From Nitrospirales bacterium (GTDB lineage Bacteria > Nitrospirota > Nitrospiria > Nitrospirales > UBA8639), in NCBI GenBank assembly GCA_965203295.1, contig CBDBCZ010000019.1:2464001-2528000 (forward strand): a stretch of 64,000 nucleotides of DNA, in the 5' to 3' direction. Both the position numbers and the translations under genes were made by a program. Shown piece after piece: positions 39,518-49,609 of the stretch. The notes beneath the pieces were generated by a model. That model did no database searches, was not told where the DNA came from, and saw only the letters and a program-made list of their open reading frames with translations. Positions within the stretch are counted from its first letter, which is position 1. Each line of letters starts with the position of its first letter.

Positions 39518-40338
39518 AAGTTGTTACCAGTATATTATTGGCCTTCTCCATCCTCATTTTTTCGGGTTCTATGGCACAAGCCGTCCATCCATCTGACAGC
39601 ATAGACCCTGCTCCCATGGTCGAGATCCCGGAAAGATCCTTCATTCGAGGAAGTGTAGAAGACGAGGGGAGATCCGACGAAACTCCGAGACGGAAGATTT
39701 ATCTCGATGCTTTCCAGATTGACCAGTACGAGGTCACTAATGGCCAATACATAAAATTTTTATTAGCCACAGGCCACAAGGAACCCTTTAACGTATACGG
39801 AGAAGGATCTCTCCTCAAGGTTGACGGAATCTCCAGATTGCCCGTGGTTCAAGTGACCTGGCATGACGCTGCAGATTATTGTCGTTGGGCCGGCAAAAGA
39901 CTACCGACAGAAGCCGAGTGGGAGAAAGCGGCTCGCGGCACCAAAGGACAAGTATATCCATGGGGAGAATCGCCTGCCACGTCGCACCTTGCAAATTTTG
40001 ATCGTGATTGGGATGACAAGAACACCCTGCTCCCAATCGGAAGCCTTCCAGAGGGAATGTCCCCTTACGAAGCGTATGACATGGCTGGCAATGTGAGAGA
40101 GTGGGTTCAGGACTGGTATGCGCATGACTATTACCAAACTTCGCCCAATCGCAATCCAAAAGGGCCAAAATCCGGGATACTCAAAGTACTTCGAGGGGGG
40201 TCCTGGCATAGTTTCGATGCTGACATACGAGCCGCAGCGAGAGGGAAGGGAGGGTTTGCCCTCAAAACCCATGGAGTGGGATTCCGCTGCGCTCGAGATA
40301 AAGAACTGAATAAAAAAATCAATCACAAACATGAATAA
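39514..40338 (+). CDS. Exported FGE-sulfatase (SUMF1)-fold protein
   Basis: EVTN, PVVQVTWHDA, RLPTEAEWEKAARG, MAGNVREW, RGGSW, GFRCAR. Confidence 0.88.
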   Translation: MKVVTSILLAFSILIFSGSMAQAVHPSDSIDPAPMVEIPERSFIRGSVEDEGRSDETPRRKIYLDAFQIDQYEVTNGQYIKFLLATGHKEPFNVYGEGSLLKVDGISRLPVVQVTWHDAADYCRWAGKRLPTEAEWEKAARGTKGQVYPWGESPATSHLANFDRDWDDKNTLLPIGSLPEGMSPYEAYDMAGNVREWVQDWYAHDYYQTSPNRNPKGPKSGILKVLRGGSWHSFDADIRAAARGKGGFALKTHGVGFRCARDKELNKKINHKHE

Positions 40339-40474
40339 ATACATCCCATCGTCAATCACTATGGACCAAAAGATGGATATGTTTTTCAATTAGAGTCAGG
40401 ATCTCAAGATTGTACTGAATGAAGCAATCAGCAGCAGGAAAGCGTTTAAACAATTCTTGCTATGGTGACTACAG

Positions 40475-41152
40475 ATGATTGTTTTTAAGAACCAAAAAAT
40501 GAAACGAGAATCATTGGTAAGAACTTTCTTAATATTTGCTTCTGCTGTGATCGTGGCGTCAGCGGGCTTGTTTTTTTCTCAGGCTCTAGGAGCAGAGAAT
40601 GCAGAATATAGAATGAAACCAGAAACTGTCGCTAACTATCTTCATGCAATCATCGAAGCAGATAGAACGCTTTATGCATTACATGTCATTGAAAGGATGC
40701 AAGAAACGGGAACAGTTATTGCTTCAGAAGGCTGGAAACATAGGAATGCTCTTCCGCTTCCTGCTCAGATGCTGATGATGGCAGGCCAAAGAGTGGAAGA
40801 AAAAGGACTTGGGCTGCAGTATCGACTTGTCAGTCTGTGGCCGATATACGAAAAAAATGGTGTTAGGAGTGCCTATGAAACAGAAGGACTGGAGACCCTG
40901 TCCAAAGATCCAACAAAACCTTACTACAGAATCATAGAGGAAAACGGCAGGCCATACTTCAAGGCCATTTACGCCGATCTGGCAGTCTCAAAAGCTTGCG
41001 TCAATTGCCACAATACTCATTTACTCAGCACACGACGCGATTACAAACTTGGTGATGTCATGGGGGGGCTGGTGATCTCTTTCTCTATTGATGAGATGGA
41101 ATTGAATGATTCAACCTCAATCAGGAGCACTGGAGAGGTGTTTAGGAAGTAG
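40475..41152 (+). CDS. DUF3365/Tll0287-like c-type heme protein
   Basis: N-terminal hydrophobic segment, LPLPAQML, CVNCH heme motif, GDVMGGLVI. Confidence 0.8.
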   Translation: MIVFKNQKMKRESLVRTFLIFASAVIVASAGLFFSQALGAENAEYRMKPETVANYLHAIIEADRTLYALHVIERMQETGTVIASEGWKHRNALPLPAQMLMMAGQRVEEKGLGLQYRLVSLWPIYEKNGVRSAYETEGLETLSKDPTKPYYRIIEENGRPYFKAIYADLAVSKACVNCHNTHLLSTRRDYKLGDVMGGLVISFSIDEMELNDSTSIRSTGEVFRK

Positions 41153-41226
41153 ACAATATCCTCAATGCAAATTTCTGATGGCACTAGATTATTTCTTGGC
41201 AAGCTTACGGTTTAACCAAAAATTCA

Positions 41227-42171
41227 ATGTTTTCCATAAGTCAACTTCTAATCCTCAGATTAAAGAGCCACCTGGTTATGGGGTTGATAGCATTGGCTGC
41301 ATGTGTATGGGTTGGGACAGGACTCGCCTACCAGGAATCTGCAGACTTTGTCGGTGGCCATTTGATCGGAACGGTAACGTGGAAAGGAAAGAAGGCCAAA
41401 CCAAGACGTTACAATTTGGCTTTGTATTCTGATCCGTATTACTGCGGACAAATTTCAGATGGCAAGGGTTGGCGAATATCACCCTTCCTCAAGACCAGAT
41501 CCAATCAATCAGTCCAAGGTGTTATCATATACATAGAGAACATCGAGAAAGGCAAAACTTTCTACTCACAAAATCGGATTGTATTGACGAAGAATTGTCG
41601 TTTTTCGCCCTATATCAGTATCGTGAAAAGAGGAGAACTTTTGAAATTTGAAAATCGGGATCCCGTCCAGCACAAGCTAGAAATCTATCAATCTTCTGCA
41701 AAAGGGGCCAAGCTTATATTCCACCAAGATCTTCCTCGTCATCCAAAGACGAGGAAAAGCGATTTTCTAGTCGAGGGCAATATGGGGACACATCTCGCAG
41801 GACCCGAAGTCGTGTATGAGGTTCTCAATTCCAGTCCATTAGTTTTCAGATGTTCCTATCATGAATTCATGGAGGGTTGGACCCTGGTGTTAACACATCC
41901 CTATTTTGCAATATCTGGCGATAACGGAGAATTTTCGATCCAGGATATTCCACCAGGAACGTACAAACTCATCGCCTGGCATCCCCTGGGACACATCGAA
42001 AAGACAATAGAGATAGCCGAAAAAGGAACTCATCCCCTGAATATAGAGTTTGAGGCAACTTCGACGACCACATACCCTCTGCAATCTCCGAAACAAAATC
42101 CCTTTGGCATCGAATTGTCAGGAAATCCAAATATTGTTCCCACAGTCGAACTTCAAGAATTTCATGAATAA
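41227..42171 (+). CDS. Exported cupredoxin-like / carboxypeptidase-regulatory-like domain protein
   Basis: CRFSP, NRDPVQH, CSYHEFM (His/Cys/His/Met), HPYFA...DIPPGTYKLIAWHP. Confidence 0.75.
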   Translation: MFSISQLLILRLKSHLVMGLIALAACVWVGTGLAYQESADFVGGHLIGTVTWKGKKAKPRRYNLALYSDPYYCGQISDGKGWRISPFLKTRSNQSVQGVIIYIENIEKGKTFYSQNRIVLTKNCRFSPYISIVKRGELLKFENRDPVQHKLEIYQSSAKGAKLIFHQDLPRHPKTRKSDFLVEGNMGTHLAGPEVVYEVLNSSPLVFRCSYHEFMEGWTLVLTHPYFAISGDNGEFSIQDIPPGTYKLIAWHPLGHIEKTIEIAEKGTHPLNIEFEATSTTTYPLQSPKQNPFGIELSGNPNIVPTVELQEFHE

Positions 42172-42321
42172 ACAACAGAATGGAATCATCATACAGACCA
42201 ATCAAGAATCGGAACACGTAATCATGAGGAAGTGAGCAGCCCGGATCCGCGCCCCTATCAGTGGCGTGAAGTTCAAAGTATGTAACACTCTGCAAACAAC
42301 TCTCATAGGAAGGAGGCAGGC

Positions 42322-43236
42322 ATGAAGATCGTCATATTGGGTGGTTCAGGGTTCATCGGACGACACTTATGTCACTCCTTAGCTGAAGACGCCCATAGCG
42401 TGACAGTCCTTTCACGAAACCCCGAAAAAGCTTCGACTCGTCTCGACCCTCGAGTCGCTGCAGAGAAATGGGATCCACTGGAATGGGGTACGTTGGAGAA
42501 GGTGATCGACGGAAAGAATGTGATCGTCAATCTCGCAGGAGAGCCTATTGCCGATAGTCGCTGGACTGAATCAAGGAAAAAAGCTTTGCGAGACAGCCGG
42601 GTGCACATCACACACCTACTGGTCAACGCCCTTTCTCATGTCAAGCAGTCCCCTAACGTTCTTATCAACGCGTCCGGGATTGGGTTCTATGGACCGACAT
42701 CGATAACTCCTGTCAACGAAGACACGCCTGCAGGCAGAGGCTTTTTGGCTGAACTTTGCGTTGACTGGGAAAAAGAAGCAGCTCGTGCAGAACGCCTTGG
42801 GGTTCGCGTGGTGTGCCTCAGAATCGGCATGGTATTGGGATATGATGGAGGTGCATTGCCTAAAATGATTTTACCCTTTCGGCTTTTTGCTGGCGGGCCA
42901 ATTCTTCCTGCCACTCAACCCGTTTCTTGGATTCATTGGAAGGACCTCGTGAGCCTCATCAGATTCATCCTTGATCACGACCGCATCGCAGGTCCAATCA
43001 ATACTGTTTCTCCAGAGCCTGTCACCATGAAGGCTTTCTGTCAGGCCCTTGGAGAATCGCTTAATCGTCCATCATGGGTTCCCGTTCCGGGGTTCTTGTT
43101 GAAGATCGGCCTTGGTGAAATGGCCACACTCATGACCACAGGACAAGCTGTTGAACCAGGAATCGCAAAGAAATTTGGATTTACATTTAGCTATCCGACG
43201 TTGGGGCCTGCTCTCCAGTCAGTCGTGAAAGGGTAA
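42322..43236 (+). CDS. TIGR01777-family NAD-dependent epimerase/oxidoreductase
   Basis: GGSGFIG, NLAGEPIA..RWT...K...SR, SGIGFYG, LRIGMVL, SWIH. Confidence 0.92.
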   Translation: MKIVILGGSGFIGRHLCHSLAEDAHSVTVLSRNPEKASTRLDPRVAAEKWDPLEWGTLEKVIDGKNVIVNLAGEPIADSRWTESRKKALRDSRVHITHLLVNALSHVKQSPNVLINASGIGFYGPTSITPVNEDTPAGRGFLAELCVDWEKEAARAERLGVRVVCLRIGMVLGYDGGALPKMILPFRLFAGGPILPATQPVSWIHWKDLVSLIRFILDHDRIAGPINTVSPEPVTMKAFCQALGESLNRPSWVPVPGFLLKIGLGEMATLMTTGQAVEPGIAKKFGFTFSYPTLGPALQSVVKG

Positions 43237-43305
43237 TTGGGGAAAGGGCTTCCAGGGAAGGCAATGACTTGCCATCTCATGGGTCGACAGGAGGAGGAGA
43301 AACTT

Positions 43306-43884
43306 ATGAAACGACACGCCATTCGAATCTATCAAACAAGTATTATCATTTCATTCATCGCAAGCTGTTTGGTCTTCTCCGCCTGGATGCCTGTCAAGAG
43401 CCTCGCAGCAGGAACGCACTTAACCAGAGGACAAAAGCTACCAGACGCTGAACTCATGGGAAAAGGGCAACGAATCGTTCGTCTCAATGATCTCAAGGGT
43501 CGAGTCAAGATTCTCAGCATGGTCCCTCAACTCAACACACCTGTCTGTGACGAACAAACCCATCGGTTCAGTGAAAACAATGGTGGGTTAGATCAACAAT
43601 TGGAAATCGTGACCATTAGTACCAACACCGCTGAAGACCAGGCTCGGTTCGCAGAAAAAGCGAAAATCCACAACATCACATTCCTGTCTGACTCTCCCAA
43701 TCATGATTTTGGAGAGAAGACCGGCTTGCTGCTGCCCATGCATAATATTCTTCATCGAACCGTTATCGTGACGGATTCGGAAAATATCATTCGGTACATG
43801 GAACATGTTCCCATGGGGCAACTCCCAAACTTTGATCAGGCTTTTGAAGCGGCACGAAAGACGTTAGATCTTCGCCCACATTGA
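43306..43884 (+). CDS. Exported Tpx-like thiol peroxidase (redoxin)
   Basis: PQLNTPVCDEQTHRF (PxxxTxxC peroxiredoxin motif), signal peptide, RBS GGAGGAG. Confidence 0.8.
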   Translation: MKRHAIRIYQTSIIISFIASCLVFSAWMPVKSLAAGTHLTRGQKLPDAELMGKGQRIVRLNDLKGRVKILSMVPQLNTPVCDEQTHRFSENNGGLDQQLEIVTISTNTAEDQARFAEKAKIHNITFLSDSPNHDFGEKTGLLLPMHNILHRTVIVTDSENIIRYMEHVPMGQLPNFDQAFEAARKTLDLRPH

Positions 43885-43894
43885 GGGGTTCACT

Positions 43895-44359
43895 ATGATG
43901 CAGCATACACTCGCCTACCTTCACCTTCTGGCAATAGCTGTTCTCGTCGGAAAAGTCGTGTTTCTTTCATTTTTCACAGCTCCTATTCTTGCTCGCACGT
44001 TGGATGCTGATTCCTTTGCTAGAGTGGTTCGTCAACTGTTTCCTCAGTATTATGCGCTTGGAATGGTCAGCGCAGTGGTCGGCTGGATCACGATTACAGG
44101 CATCGCTCTTCAGCGTGGATTTCAGCCATGGGATCTCATTTCCTCCACATTGTGGCTAGGAATCCTCGCAGCAGAAAACTATTGTCGAACGCCTTTGATT
44201 CCTCAGATCAACTCCCTGAGCGACCAGCTCAAGGAGAATCACGCGCGAGGGCTGAACATTCCCTCGATTCAAAAACGAAGAGACTCCCTTCACCGACTGT
44301 CTGTACAACTGAATGGGGTGGTGTTGATATGTGGTCTGTGTCTTCTCGGTTTAATTTAA
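43895..44359 (+). CDS. DUF4149/TMEM205-like membrane protein
   Basis: FFTAP...VRQLFPQYY...LHRLSVQLN. Confidence 0.8.
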   Translation: MMQHTLAYLHLLAIAVLVGKVVFLSFFTAPILARTLDADSFARVVRQLFPQYYALGMVSAVVGWITITGIALQRGFQPWDLISSTLWLGILAAENYCRTPLIPQINSLSDQLKENHARGLNIPSIQKRRDSLHRLSVQLNGVVLICGLCLLGLI

Positions 44360-44417
44360 GGGGCTGTTGAAAACAGAATTTTTGAACAGCCTTGAACGGG
44401 AAAGAAGGTACTACTCA

Positions 44418-44933
44418 ATGAGTAAAATCAACTGTAACAGTTCGGTCTTATCATTGAACAAGCTTCAGTTCATGTTCTTTATCTATCTGTTTGGAGGAAT
44501 CGTTTTCCTTTGTTTTCTCCAAACTGGGGCCTTGGGCGAGTCGCGCTCACCATCACCCACTAATCCTCACGAAGTGTATCCTTCTCAAGGGACGCTGCCC
44601 GAAGATATCGTCGGGCTTGCGCTTCATATATCCGCCCATCGTGTAGGCGATACAGCCCGGCTGTACATTAGAGCGGTTCATCCGGAGGGGCCGGCAGCAC
44701 GCGCTGGTCTGGCTCATGGCGATGAAGTCATAGAAGTGGATGGCAACGCACTGGGAGAGAAGACGTATCAGCAGATTATCAGGTTAATTCGAGGTGAAGT
44801 CGGACAAAGCGTCAACCTGAAAGTCGACGGCCAACAAGGCATCCGAACGATTTCAATTATGCGAGTAAGTGAAGAGCAGTTAGTAGGCCGGCAAAGAACA
44901 ACCTTCAATTTCTCACGGGAAAAACACGGCTAA
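44418..44933 (+). CDS. Membrane-anchored PDZ domain protein
   Basis: GPAARAGLAHGDEVIEVDG, IRGEVG; start uncertain. Confidence 0.75.
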   Translation: MSKINCNSSVLSLNKLQFMFFIYLFGGIVFLCFLQTGALGESRSPSPTNPHEVYPSQGTLPEDIVGLALHISAHRVGDTARLYIRAVHPEGPAARAGLAHGDEVIEVDGNALGEKTYQQIIRLIRGEVGQSVNLKVDGQQGIRTISIMRVSEEQLVGRQRTTFNFSREKHG

Positions 44934-45044
44934 GACTCATCACGTTTGAGGATTCCAAGAATTGAGGAGAAAAGGTCCAAACGAAAATCGAGTGATCAAT
45001 TCGAAGAGCACATCCTCAAACTTACAGAAGTCACTTCGTGGCAA

Positions 45045-45995
45045 ATGACAAAGACCAACAAAATTGGCATTAGCCGTTGCTTATTGGGAAATGAAGTTCG
45101 TTTTGACGGCGGGCACAAACATGATCATTTTTTAACCAAGACGTTTAGCCAGTTCGTCGAGTGGATTCCAGTATGCCCTGAAGTGGGGGCTGGATTGGGA
45201 ACACCTCGTGAAGCGATGCGACTTGTGGGCTCAGAGAACGCTCCAAGACTCATCACGATCAAAAGTCGACAAGACTATACCCCTGTTTTACTGGAATATT
45301 CTGCTCGAAAAACTCGGGAACTAAAATCTGAAGCATTAGATGACTTCATATTTAAAAAAGCCTCGCCGAGCTGCGGCGTCACTCGGGTTCGCATTTACAA
45401 CGAAAAGGGCATGCCGGATCCAAAAGGAAGCGGGCTCTTTGCTCGAGCATTTATCAGACAATTTCCCTTGATCCCGGTTGAAGAAGAGGGACGTCTCAAT
45501 GATCCGATCATACGTGAAAACTTTGTCGAACGAGTATTTTGTTACCACCGTTGGCGGTCTCTTAGTCAAAACAAGCTCACACGAGGTGCTCTGGTTGAAT
45601 TTCATACCCGACAGAAGCTTCTTTTACTGGCCCACAGTCGCCCACATTATCTGCAGTTAGGGCAATTGGTTGCGAATGCCAAAAACTTTACTCCACGCCA
45701 ACTGGTTGATGAGTATGGCCGTGTATTTATGGAAGGATTAAAAGTGCGTGCCACGGTTCGAAAACACGTGAACGTGCTCCAGCATGTCGTGGGATATTTC
45801 AAAAAACGCCTCAATGCTAGCGAACGAGAGGAATTAGACGACGTCATCTCTGATTATCATCAGGGCTTAACACCATTAATTGTTCCCTTAACCTTCATCA
45901 GTCACTATGTTCGAGTTTTTCAGGTGGCCTATCTTTAAAACCAAGTTTACCTGGATCCACATCCAAAAGAGCTCATGCTTCGTAATCATGTCTGA
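45045..45995 (+). pseudogene. ybgA: YbgA family (DUF523+DUF1722) protein with premature TAA at 45936-45938
   Basis: IGISRCLLG, VCPEV, SPSCG, EEEGRL, ENFVERV. The frame continues past the stop as YL*NQVYLDPHPKELMLRNHV*. Confidence 0.85.
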
Positions 45996-45996
45996 T

Positions 45997-46941
45997 ATGG
46001 AAAAGTATCCGGAAGGATTTCGGATTAAAAGCGTGTCCCAAATCACAAGGCTTAGCCCCCATATCATCAGGAAATGGGAGCAACGCTATTCTCTGTTGTG
46101 CCCAAGCCGCGCGGCCAACGGGTATAGGATTTATGGTGAAGAGGATCTCCAACTTCTTCTGTACATCAAAGCTCAAATAGCATGTGGAATATCGATTGGG
46201 CACCTCGCCAATCGAAGCCTTGCTGCTCTCAGGAAGGCGATGTCAAATGGCCAGGAGGCAAGTCTTGGCGTCCCGGAAAATCTGAAAGACGATTCCACGG
46301 CATTGCTCCAAGCTGCTCAGCAAGGTCGTACTGGATCAGTTGAAAAAAAAGTCCATGCATTCATTCAACGGCTGGGAATCGATTCAGCGCTCAAGGATAT
46401 TTTCTTTTCCATCCTTCTGACAGTTGGTGACTTGTGGCACAGAGGAAAAATAAGTATCTCGGGTGAGCGCTGTATCACACAAAACATTCGACGATATCTT
46501 GCTGAAGCAAATCGCCTTCTGAATCGTCAAACAGGACCGTTAGCGATCATTGCCTGTTTCCCGAATGACTATCACGAGATTGGAGCCATGACGGCCGTAC
46601 GGGTACTCCATCAACAAGGCTGGAGAACGACCTACTTGGGACCAGAGTCCGGTATCGACTTAATCCACTTGGCCTGCCAACGACGACAGAGTAAACTTGT
46701 TGTGCTGTCGTGTGTTGTCGAACCATCCGAAGAAGATATGAAGGATGTGATTGACAAAATATCCAGCAAACTTCTCCCCCTTTGTCCTGTCCTGATCGGA
46801 GGCAAGGGCGCAACCTTGTTTATCGATTGGCTTGAACGGCGGGGCATTCGCTTCATTGGAGATATCCAAGCCTTTGAGCACACGAAGATCGACACATGTT
46901 CAACAAATAATTCATTCAGCACATCGACCATCTCTCATTAA
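45997..46941 (+). CDS. MerR-family regulator with cobalamin-binding-like domain (CarH/LitR-like)
   Basis: IRKWEQRY...PSRAANGYRIY; VGDLWHRG; ACFPNDYHEIGA; YLGP. Confidence 0.85.
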   Translation: MEKYPEGFRIKSVSQITRLSPHIIRKWEQRYSLLCPSRAANGYRIYGEEDLQLLLYIKAQIACGISIGHLANRSLAALRKAMSNGQEASLGVPENLKDDSTALLQAAQQGRTGSVEKKVHAFIQRLGIDSALKDIFFSILLTVGDLWHRGKISISGERCITQNIRRYLAEANRLLNRQTGPLAIIACFPNDYHEIGAMTAVRVLHQQGWRTTYLGPESGIDLIHLACQRRQSKLVVLSCVVEPSEEDMKDVIDKISSKLLPLCPVLIGGKGATLFIDWLERRGIRFIGDIQAFEHTKIDTCSTNNSFSTSTISH

Positions 46942-46957
46942 AAGGAGCACACACAAC

Positions 46958-47482
46958 ATGACTGATTCAAAACGCGGGGTCATCCTTGTTGGTCACGGAG
47001 GGATCCCTAAAGATTATCCTTCAGAACTCGTCACGAAATTGAAAAGACTTGAAGCCCAACGCCGAGCCTCGGGGTCCCCCATGTCCGCCGAAGAATTGGA
47101 ATTGGACACGAAGATTCGCGAATGGCCACGCACGAAAGAAACCGATCCTTATAAAGCTGGGCTGGAATCATTGGCTGAGTCACTCAGTCCTCTATTACCT
47201 AGCGAGCATTTTGCTCTTGCCTATAATGAATTTTGTGGTCCAACCTTGAGTCAAGCAGTCGAGCAACTCATACTCGATGGTGCAGAAGAAATTATCGTCG
47301 TCTCTACCATGTATACGCCTGGAGGGTCTCATTCGGAATATGAAATCCCTGAAGAACTGGATGAGCTCCGCATCAAGCATCCCAAGATTACGTTGACCTA
47401 TGCGTGGCCTTTCGATCTCCATCAGGTTTCAACGATGCTGACTGAACATATTAAGCGATTTCAAACACAGGGAGTCGGGTAA
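46958..47482 (+). CDS. CbiX/SirB-like chelatase
   Basis: LVGHG, AYNEFCGPTL, TPGGSHSEYEIP; RBS AAGGAG. Confidence 0.8.
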   Translation: MTDSKRGVILVGHGGIPKDYPSELVTKLKRLEAQRRASGSPMSAEELELDTKIREWPRTKETDPYKAGLESLAESLSPLLPSEHFALAYNEFCGPTLSQAVEQLILDGAEEIIVVSTMYTPGGSHSEYEIPEELDELRIKHPKITLTYAWPFDLHQVSTMLTEHIKRFQTQGVG

Positions 47483-47495
47483 GGGGGTCGTCCCA

Positions 47496-48749
47496 ATGCC
47501 CGACTCGGCGCAGGTACTCATTGTCGGAGGTGGATTGGCTGGTCTTTCATGTGCTAAGCGCTTATGGGGAGAAAACATTTCCTTCACCATTCTTGAAGCC
47601 TCAGATGCGATTGGAGGTCGTGTTCGAACGGATCACGTGGATGGGTTCCTTCTCGATCGCGGCTTCCAAGTGTTTCTCACTGCGTACCTAGAGGCCAAGC
47701 GGCAGTTGGATTATCAGGCCCTCAAACTTCATTCCTTTTTCCCCGGTGCACTCATTCGGTCTGAAAATCGTTTTTATGAAGTAGCCGACCCCTTTCGATT
47801 CCCCATCAAGAGTCTGAAATCCCTATCGAGTCCCATTGGCACCATCAAAGACAAACTTCGTGTCATAGGATTGGCAAGGAAGGTCCGTAACGCGGATCTG
47901 AACAATCCACCAATCATTTCAGAAACTTCAACTCATAGAGCCCTTCAGCAACTAGGATTTTCCGAAACGATGATCGAGCGTTTCTTCCACCCTTTCTTCG
48001 GCGGTGTGTTTTTGAATAGCACGCTCTCAACCTCAAGCCGTGTATTTGAATTCCTGTTCCGGATGTTTTCTCAAGGCCCAATTGCTCTTCCAGCATCTGG
48101 CATGCGTGCCATTCCTGATCAACTTGCTTCCTTTATTCCAGAAGGAAGCATTCAGACCAATGCTCCCGTCGTTTCTGTGAAAGACAATCACGTTCTCTTA
48201 CGTTCTGGTCAATGCCTTGAAAGTCAAGCGGTGGTGGTTGCGACGAATGGATCACAAGCTGCGAAACTCATAAACGGCTCGCAATCTCCAACATATCAGC
48301 AGGCCACCTGCCTATACTTTGTGGCTCAAAAGACTCCAGTGAAAGGTCCTTATCTTGTCCTGAACGGAGAAGCCCAAGGACTGATCAATCATCTGTGCGT
48401 TCTAAGCGAAGTCGCACCTTCATATGCTCCACCTGGGCAGTCCCTCATTTCCGTAACCGTCTTAAATCAACCTACGCCAGATTCCGAGGAAACAAAAAAA
48501 TCGGTACGAGCCCATCTCGTAGAGTGGTTCGGTTCAGCCGTTCAAGATTGGCGGCTTCTTCGAATATATCACATTGCTCATGCGCTTCCGTTACAGATTG
48601 CAGCTCTTCACCGGTCTAAACCCCAACACAGCGCTGGTTCCGACAACGTCTTTCTATGCGGAGACTATCGGGAAAGTGCAACGCACCACGGAGCTCTCCT
48701 CTCCGGACGCCACACGGCTGAAGACGTGATCGCGACATTGAAGAGATAA
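47496..48749 (+). CDS. FAD-dependent oxidoreductase (amine oxidase / protoporphyrinogen oxidase-like)
   Basis: IVGGGLAGL, GGRVRTD..DGFLLDRGFQV, LCGD, GALLSG. Confidence 0.88.
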   Translation: MPDSAQVLIVGGGLAGLSCAKRLWGENISFTILEASDAIGGRVRTDHVDGFLLDRGFQVFLTAYLEAKRQLDYQALKLHSFFPGALIRSENRFYEVADPFRFPIKSLKSLSSPIGTIKDKLRVIGLARKVRNADLNNPPIISETSTHRALQQLGFSETMIERFFHPFFGGVFLNSTLSTSSRVFEFLFRMFSQGPIALPASGMRAIPDQLASFIPEGSIQTNAPVVSVKDNHVLLRSGQCLESQAVVVATNGSQAAKLINGSQSPTYQQATCLYFVAQKTPVKGPYLVLNGEAQGLINHLCVLSEVAPSYAPPGQSLISVTVLNQPTPDSEETKKSVRAHLVEWFGSAVQDWRLLRIYHIAHALPLQIAALHRSKPQHSAGSDNVFLCGDYRESATHHGALLSGRHTAEDVIATLKR

Positions 48750-48769
48750 TGCCATAGAGAGGATGGAAA

Positions 48770-48826
48770 GTTTCGAGTTTAAGTTTTGGAGTTCAAAGTT
48801 TGAAGTTTTAGGTTTAAAGTTTAAAG
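48770..48826 (+). repeat. Degenerate heptamer tandem repeat (consensus TTTAAAG)
   Basis: TTTCGAG TTTAAG TTTTGGAG TTCAAAG TTTGAAG TTTTAGG TTTAAAG TTTAAAG. Confidence 0.75.
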
Positions 48827-48918
48827 ATATACGTTTCTACGTCACAACATCGCGACGATGAATTGCTGTTTAAGTGTAAAGACTTGGGTTTGATCTTTTG
48901 AGAATCTGGTTTGTATTA

Positions 48919-49118
48919 GCCGGGTTTCGCCTCGGCAGTCGAGGTCATTTTGTTTCGGCAAAAGGCCCCAAAACCATTACCGCCCGCGCTCGGCCCTGCG
49001 GGTCTCCTTCGTCCCAGCACCGAATCACATGGCTGCGGAACTCGCTCCGCTCAGACAGTCCTCACCGAATTGTCGGATTCGGCGCTGCGACTCAGCCACG
49101 CGCAAGGCGGAACAAAAA
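48919..49118 (+). repeat. ~200-bp structured dispersed repeat (MITE/REP-like), copy 2
   Basis: GCCGGGTTTCGCC...GCGCAAGGCGGAACAAAAA; inverted copy of 25462-25662. Confidence 0.9.
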
Positions 49119-49136
49119 TAGGCGCGGAAGAGTGCG

Positions 49137-49568
49137 TTGATGACTTCATCTCCAGATACTTTTTCGGGTTCGAGGGAAGCTAGTCACACATCTCTCAGAA
49201 GATTGCTTTCCTCTGGGGCTGACATTAAAACCTTGGGCCTATTGTTCCTGGTTTCAGGCGTGATCGATTTTTTGTGGATCTTGTCTTATCCTGAATACGC
49301 GTTGAAAGTTTTTGGAACCACCTTTAGTGGTTGGGCAAGGGCACTGGTCAAATTTCAACACCCTTCGATCCACTGGGCTATTGGCTTTGGGTTTTGGAAA
49401 AAACGATGGTGGGCGTATGTGACCTATCTTGTCTATTTGTTTCTCGCTTGCCTGAGTGAAACAATCACTCAGGTCATCGATGGGTATCATCCCACCAGAA
49501 CAACAATGATTATGATCAGTCTGCTATTTGGCGTCTACATCGTATCCCGCAGAAAGGTGTTTCAGTAA
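49137..49568 (+). CDS. Hypothetical membrane protein
   Basis: About four hydrophobic segments. Confidence 0.65.
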   Translation: MMTSSPDTFSGSREASHTSLRRLLSSGADIKTLGLLFLVSGVIDFLWILSYPEYALKVFGTTFSGWARALVKFQHPSIHWAIGFGFWKKRWWAYVTYLVYLFLACLSETITQVIDGYHPTRTTMIMISLLFGVYIVSRRKVFQ

Positions 49569-49609
49569 TCCCGTGACAGCAATCCTACAACCAAACTGGA
49601 CGCACTAGC

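Noticed and set aside
38065..40338. FGE/C-type-lectin-fold genes as diversity-generating retroelement targets
   Set aside because: No reverse transcriptase, and I saw no template repeat differing only at adenines.
48770..48826. Heptamer tract or TGAGAC repeats as a CRISPR array
   Set aside because: Units are too short, there are no unique spacers, and there are no cas genes.
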